Under the pieces are notes generated by a model. The model saw only the letters and a list, made by a program, of their open reading frames with translations. It searched no databases and was not told the DNA's origin. DNA of 37,468 nucleotides from NCBI GenBank assembly GCA_054600435.1, contig BAAIJX010000052.1:124001-161468 (forward strand). Reading direction: 5' to 3'. This stretch comes from Neophaeotheca triangularis (taxonomy: Eukaryota). The position numbers were made by a program, and so were the translations under genes. Every line of letters begins with the position of its first letter. Positions within the stretch are counted from its first letter, which is position 1. Positions 32,303 through 37,468 of this stretch are shown piece by piece.

Positions 32303-33732
32303 TCACAAAACCACCATCCCCACCCCCGTAGCAACACCCAGCACCCAAAACCCCCAAACCCACCCCACCACAACCCTCAAGCCCGCCTGACTCGGCGCCT
32401 CCTTCCCGACATCCTCGACCTCGGCATCCGTCGCACTGCAACTATCCTCCCCACAAGCATAACCCCGAGGACAACAGCCCCCACCCTCCTCCTCGGGGCA
32501 TAAGAACCACTCGCTCGCGCAACCGCCTTGGTTTTCACCCGCTGTCGTGGTCGCGGGGACGGCGATAGTGGCACTGGAAGTTATGACAGTGGTTGCGGCT
32601 GAGGGCGGGCACGAGGTGGTGTCGCAGTCGCGGCCAACGCGGCAGCAGTCGCCTAGGTAGACGGCGGAGCATTGGTAGTAGCCGCCAGGGCAGGTTGCGG
32701 GAGGGGGGTTGTCCGGGTTTTGGGTTGTGCGGGGGGGAGGGCTGGTGGCGGAGGAGGCGGAAGTGGGGCGGACGGGGGCGTTGGGGGTGACGGTTGTGGT
32801 GGAGGTGTAGCTTTCCTCGCTGGAGGTTGAAGGGGGTGGAACGAGGATTGTGGTAGTTGTTGTGTCGGTGTCGCCGGGCGAGGGTTCGGTGAGGGTGTTG
32901 GCTGGGACTACTATCGTGGTCGGGAGAGTGTCGGTCGAGGTTGAGGAGATGACTACGGTAGTCGTGCTTGGGGGACGGCCGGTGGTGACGGTTTCGACCG
33001 GCAGAGTCGTGAAGACTGTCGAAGTCCCTGCCGCGACGCCTGCAAAAGTCCATTAGCATCACCCTTCTTCCGCTGCAAAGATGGCAACTCACACCCAACC
33101 CCCGCGCAAGTAAAACCGGGGATACAGCACCCACCCCCCTCGTCCCCAGGACAACTCTCATACCCAGCAGCAGCATCACACCCGGCCACGGCAGTCCCGC
33201 AAGTCACCCCATCAGGACAACACCCCACCCCACCCTCGTCCGTCTCAAAACAACCCTCCCCATCACCACAACAATAATTAACCTCCCCAATCCCCCCACA
33301 ATCATGCGTATTCCCCGGACACGCTCCCCACCCGGGCGTCTGTCTGCCAAACACTCTCCCCCCCAGCGCCCGCAATCCCAAGATATCTCGTCGTTCTCGG
33401 TAGCCGTGAGGCGCATAAGGCGCGTGCAACTGTTGCAAACCCGTCGCATTCCCGCTTGCCGCTCCTCCCCTATCATCTTGCCCCATGGCTCCGTACGACC
33501 AGTACCCGAGGTAGAACTTCTCGCCCTCGTCTTCGCTCATTTTGCGCACTTTTGCTGGTTTAGTACCGGCGAGGGTTGGGGTGTTTGTCGGTTGTTTTTC
33601 CGGACCGCCGTGGAGAGTGTGGAGGTGGTGGTTGGGAGGCCATTGTGCGTGATTTTCCGCTTGGCCTGCTACGGTTGCGAGGAGCGTTAGGAGGGCGGTC
33701 GGGAGGGATAGGAGGGTGGGGGAGGTGGGCAT
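32303..33732 (-). CDS. Secreted Cys-rich, Thr/Pro-rich, probably GPI-anchored cell-surface protein, 2 exons, ~458 aa
   Basis: Exons 33732-33093 and 33039-32303; intron GTGAGT..GCTAAT..CAG. Signal peptide, KMSEDEGEKFYLGYW motif, repeated GCCP/GCCIPG modules, Thr-rich linker, CPGGYYQC..CCRVGRDC and hydrophobic C-terminus. Exon 2 is absent from the ORF track. Confidence 0.85.
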
Positions 33733-34365
33733 TGGGTGGGTTTGATGAGATGGGAGGGTCGGCGTTTGAGGGTGGTAGCGAGGTTGAGATGGGGATAAGG
33801 CGGCGAGGTGGGAGATGTCTGGTAGGAATGAAAAGATACTTTATGAGAGGATGTGTTACGGAGTATAACCTACGCGTAGAAATTGGTATAATAATCGGGC
33901 TAGGGTCGTGGTACGCCTCACTCTCGGGTGCTCGAGTCGCTCCCGTCTATGCCGCTTGAAGTGGCTGGGGAAAGTGAAGGTCAGAGCTCCAGCGGTGTCT
34001 TGGCGCCGGAGAGTCGACTCCATATTCTTCGCGTACCTTAACCTCTTGATCAATCTCATGTCACGATAGTCGCCCACCAAATCACTTTACTCTCGCCGAC
34101 AAAATCTTATGTGTCGAAGCTGTTGCCCAGGATGAAACCTCTCGAAGCTACTTGCACCACATGATGTAAGCAACACTGCTCCCGCCTCAGCCTCGCATAG
34201 GTAGGTAAGGTAGGTCGACGTGCATTACAGCTGATGAAGCAGCACCGCCGCAAGGCTGAGCTGCTTGGCTATAAACCGGATGGGCCAGCATCGTGCTGGT
34301 TTCCTTTCGTAACCTTGTCCTTTGTCCTCGGTTTCTTCAAACCCCCTTTCCAAGGTCATCTGGCT

Positions 34366-36267
34366 ATGGAGACTTTCCACTTCTCAAGGGATCCCGCTGC
34401 TGAGATTGCCTCTTGGAGCGATGGAGTGCAGCCGGCTTCTCTAGCGGAACGGCTAGGCATCCTCTATAGCCAGCAGGAACAGCAAGAAAATGGCGAAAAC
34501 CAGCTTTATGATCCCTTGCCTTTGGACCAAAATTATATTCGTCTTTTGAAGCTGGATCGTGTTTTGGAGGACCAGGGTCTACGCGTAGATTGCAGCATGC
34601 AAACTTTCCCGCTCTCGAAGCTACCCCAATACGACGCCATCAGCTACGTATGGGGAGATTCTACAGACCGCACGCCTATCAATGTCTGTGGACAGACACT
34701 GTCGGTAACCGTTAACCTGGTTCTCGCGTTACGAACTCTTCGTGGGCATTTACAAAATCACTTTTGGATAGACGGCGTGTGTATCAATCAAGCCAATATC
34801 CAAGAACGAAATAGCCAGGTTCAACTTATGCACGTTATCTACGGTGAGGCGGCAACGGTACACGCTTTCATCGGGCATGCGCTGACACCGTCTACGCGAA
34901 ATGCCCTGGACATGGAGAGCCTTTCGTTTCCGTCTACTGCAGCGCGTGAACTCCTCATGTGGCCGTGGTGGAATCGATTGTACGTGTCATGCTGACAAAC
35001 ACAGTACCAGTATTAAAAAGCTAACGTGTACAACAGGTGGGTAATACAAGAGGTCAAGCTCGCACGTAAAGTCGTAGCTCATTTTGATACCCTTTGCATC
35101 GACTTTGACACGCTCACGGATAAGCTTGATTCTTGTCACGACAACGTTCGGCTGGTAACGGTCTGGAAGACACGCAACGGGCTCGGTTTGTATCGTCGCG
35201 GGACTTTCGATAAGATAGACCGTCTCATGCGAGGAATGGGTCTTCAAGAAGCCTCTGATCCTCGAGACTATGTTTATGGTGCTCTCGCCTTGCTCCCACC
35301 AGCGATTGATATCCAAGCGGATTACACCAAAAGCGTGGAGCATGTGTTCGAAGAGTTTGCAGCACGCACAATGCAGTCTCGGAATTCCCTCGACTTGCTC
35401 GATAACCTCGATCTTGGCGTACGATCTATCTCATTGCCTTCCTGGAGCCCGGACTGGAGGCTAAGCTCAATGCTGGCCCTTGGGCCTCCAGCACGGTGGA
35501 CCGCTTCCTGGGACGCTACTCCGCGCGTAGAGTACGTGTCTCGTGGCAGACTTCTCGTGCGAGCGTTCATCATCGACCGAGTAATCACTATCGCCTGCGA
35601 GTCAGCACCTGCGCCGCCGCTACAACATCTTTCCGAACTGGCTTACGTTGAGAGACTTCGCGTTCGTTTAGCCAATCAACGCCAAGTCATCGAGCGCGTT
35701 TCCACAACAGCGGCCACAAATTTCTGGAACTGTCAAGGCCTGTCGACTCTCATTATAGCCTCTGTTTTCGCATGTGAGACGGATGATTGCGAGCACGTTT
35801 GTGAGCGGTGGCTGAAAGGGGATGTTCAAGCAAGCCTGAGAGCCCAACAGTGGCTCACTGAACACCCCTCCATCTTTCAAGCTGATGTTTTTCTTACACA
35901 CCAAAGCCTCCTTGGCGATATACCTCAATGTATGCAGGTAATGAAGCCTGGCGATGCCATCGCTGCTCTCGCTGGCGCACGAAGTCTATGGATAATCAGA
36001 TGTTATGGCTGCCAGTCAGGTGCAGATGTGTACGAACTGATCTGCCCATTTCGATCAGAGGGTATGTAATACGCCTCACGCATTCCGATGTTGTAACATC
36101 CACTTTAACTATATTTTGCAGGCTATCCATTCAATGCAGCCTATAAGCAAGCCGTGAAGATTTCCGCAGGAGATGTCGAAGCCAGCTACATGCATAGCTG
36201 CGATGTGCGTGGGGATGATTTGGACGGTGTCCCCGACCACCTCTACAAAGAGATCATCCTTGTCTAA
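34366..36267 (+). CDS. Heterokaryon-incompatibility (HET, PF06985-type, HET-6-like) domain protein, 3 exons, ~594 aa
   Basis: Exons 34366-34979, 35037-36061, 36122-36267. Motifs IRLLKL, YDAISYVWG, FWIDGVCINQ..ERNSQVQLM..IY, WWNRLWVIQE (restored by splicing), ASDPRDYVY, LPSWSPDW, GDAIAALAG and terminal EIILV. Alternative start at 34234. Confidence 0.88.
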
Positions 36268-36367
36268 TGCCACTCGCGTTCGATTGTCCCCACTTTGTAC
36301 TCCTTCTTCACCTTTTCGCCAATCTAAAATCTCGACATCCATCCTTTCGATTTGGGCTCCTTCCTCT

Positions 36368-37014
36368 ATACCTGTGGAAAGGTTCTGGAAATCGGTATTA
36401 GATCCCACCCGGTTCTCAAAGCTGATTGTGTCGTATGACAATCCGGCTGTCTGAGAAAGCTGGGTGCAAGGAGATGCCTCAGCGAGCCTCCAGGTCGAAT
36501 CATGGCTCAGTAGCTATCCGGCACTCTTTGGCGGTAACTTCTTCGTATCGCACGGTTTCGGACTTCGTTGGGCTGCGTCGCGGAATTCTTCAGTTCAGAC
36601 TGGAGACATGCTTGCGACCGCAGCTGGTTCGTGGTATCCGTGGCTCCTTCGATATTGCAAGAATCAAACACACTTTGGACAGAGAGATGCCTACACGAAT
36701 AGGTCGGGAAGATTCGGTGCCCTTGGGACACGAACAGATGTTGATCATGAAGTCTATGATATCGTTGGCACGTTCACCGCGTCTCAGACCAGTGAAGGCA
36801 GCAAACGTAAGCTTACACTGTCTCAATATAATGGCGTACATGACGTTGACATTGCACAGCGTACCAACGTGCAGATAGGTACTGGCTAACCACCGTATGC
36901 CGAATGTCCAAGGAGGCCGCCTCAGGTAGCGCAGCCGAGTACTCATCACCAAACCACAGGCGATCCAAAGTATTCAAACTATATGTAGAGCCTGTCGCAA
37001 ACCTCTCTATGTGA
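36368..37014 (+). pseudogene. Truncated tandem paralog of the C-terminal part of the HET gene, with an in-frame stop
   Basis: V*ESWVQGDASASLQVESWLSSYPALFGGNFFVSH matches VCERWLKGDVQASLRAQQWLTEHPSIFQADVFLTH of the upstream gene (14/35 identical). TGA at 36452-36454. Phase-1 intron 36807-36859 shortly after SEG, as in the paralog. Confidence 0.75.
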
Positions 37015-37053
37015 GTGAGACTGGAACGCCCAACAAACTTGAATTGATTATAA

Positions 37054-37157
37054 TGGTCTAATGGCTGGTAACCACACAGACCTTCCCCTTTCGCTGACTC
37101 CCCTTAGATTCTCCAGGTATAGGTAAGACTGCGGTTCGAATCCCAGCTCTACAACCC
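37054..37157 (+). other. Degenerate tRNA-like (A box/B box) element with a GT-AG insertion
   Basis: TGGTCTAATGG (A box) at 37054-37064; GTAACC..GCTGAC..TAG at 37068-37107; then ATTCTC and GGTTCGAATCC (B box) at 37133-37143. Does not fold into a full cloverleaf. Confidence 0.35.
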
Positions 37158-37468
37158 TTCGCAAAAGCAAACCAGCCTTCGGGTGCGGGTGCTGCTAAGT
37201 GGTTTCTTCTCCCATTGGGAGTTTCTTTTTGCCTTTGCTCTTTTTTTCTATGGTGCTCAGATGACCAACTGAAGGGAGGTCAGCCTCCCCAGCCTTGCCC
37301 ACCCCAGCACCACCGCAACGAAACCGATGAACGCTGAAATCATCGACATTGTCAGCCTCACAGCCTCGTCCCCCACGTACATGGGAAGCTAAAAGCGACA
37401 AGGACCTTCAACACCAACCTCCCCACCAGCAAGACGGACATACAACGAGCTCTCTCCCCCCCCCCCCC

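Noticed and set aside
36984..37153. TGTAGAGC / GCTCTACA complementarity as acceptor stem of the tRNA-like element
   Set aside because: The 5' arm lies in the HET pseudogene reading frame and is not followed by a splice donor; an 8-bp match is plausible by chance.

Overview
Gene-dense nuclear DNA of a filamentous ascomycete; the gene families and short GT-AG introns with CTRAC branch points suggest a Dothideomycete, possibly Mycosphaerellaceae (inference). I can support 12 protein-coding genes: HotDog acyl-CoA thioesterase, COQ2, a DMM-1-like JmjC/Cys-rich/AT-hook protein, ALG10, PSF2, an Mtr-type amino acid permease, DOT5/BCP peroxiredoxin, a DUF3405 protein, a YCK-type casein kinase I, a mitochondrial carrier, a Cys-rich GPI protein and a HET-domain protein. 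There are also two probable pseudogenes and several simple repeats. The standout is a tRNA-Pro(AGG) gene at 3574-3805 (- strand) split into four exons. It has an ordinary 37/38 tRNA intron plus two ~60-nt introns with full spliceosomal signals (GT donor, CTRAC branch point, AG acceptor), inserted in the A box and B box. Removing all three gives an intact 72-nt tRNA followed by a T8 Pol III terminator. A second, degenerate tRNA-like element with a GT-AG insertion may lie at ~37054-37157. All exon boundaries were read by eye and none is experimentally confirmed.
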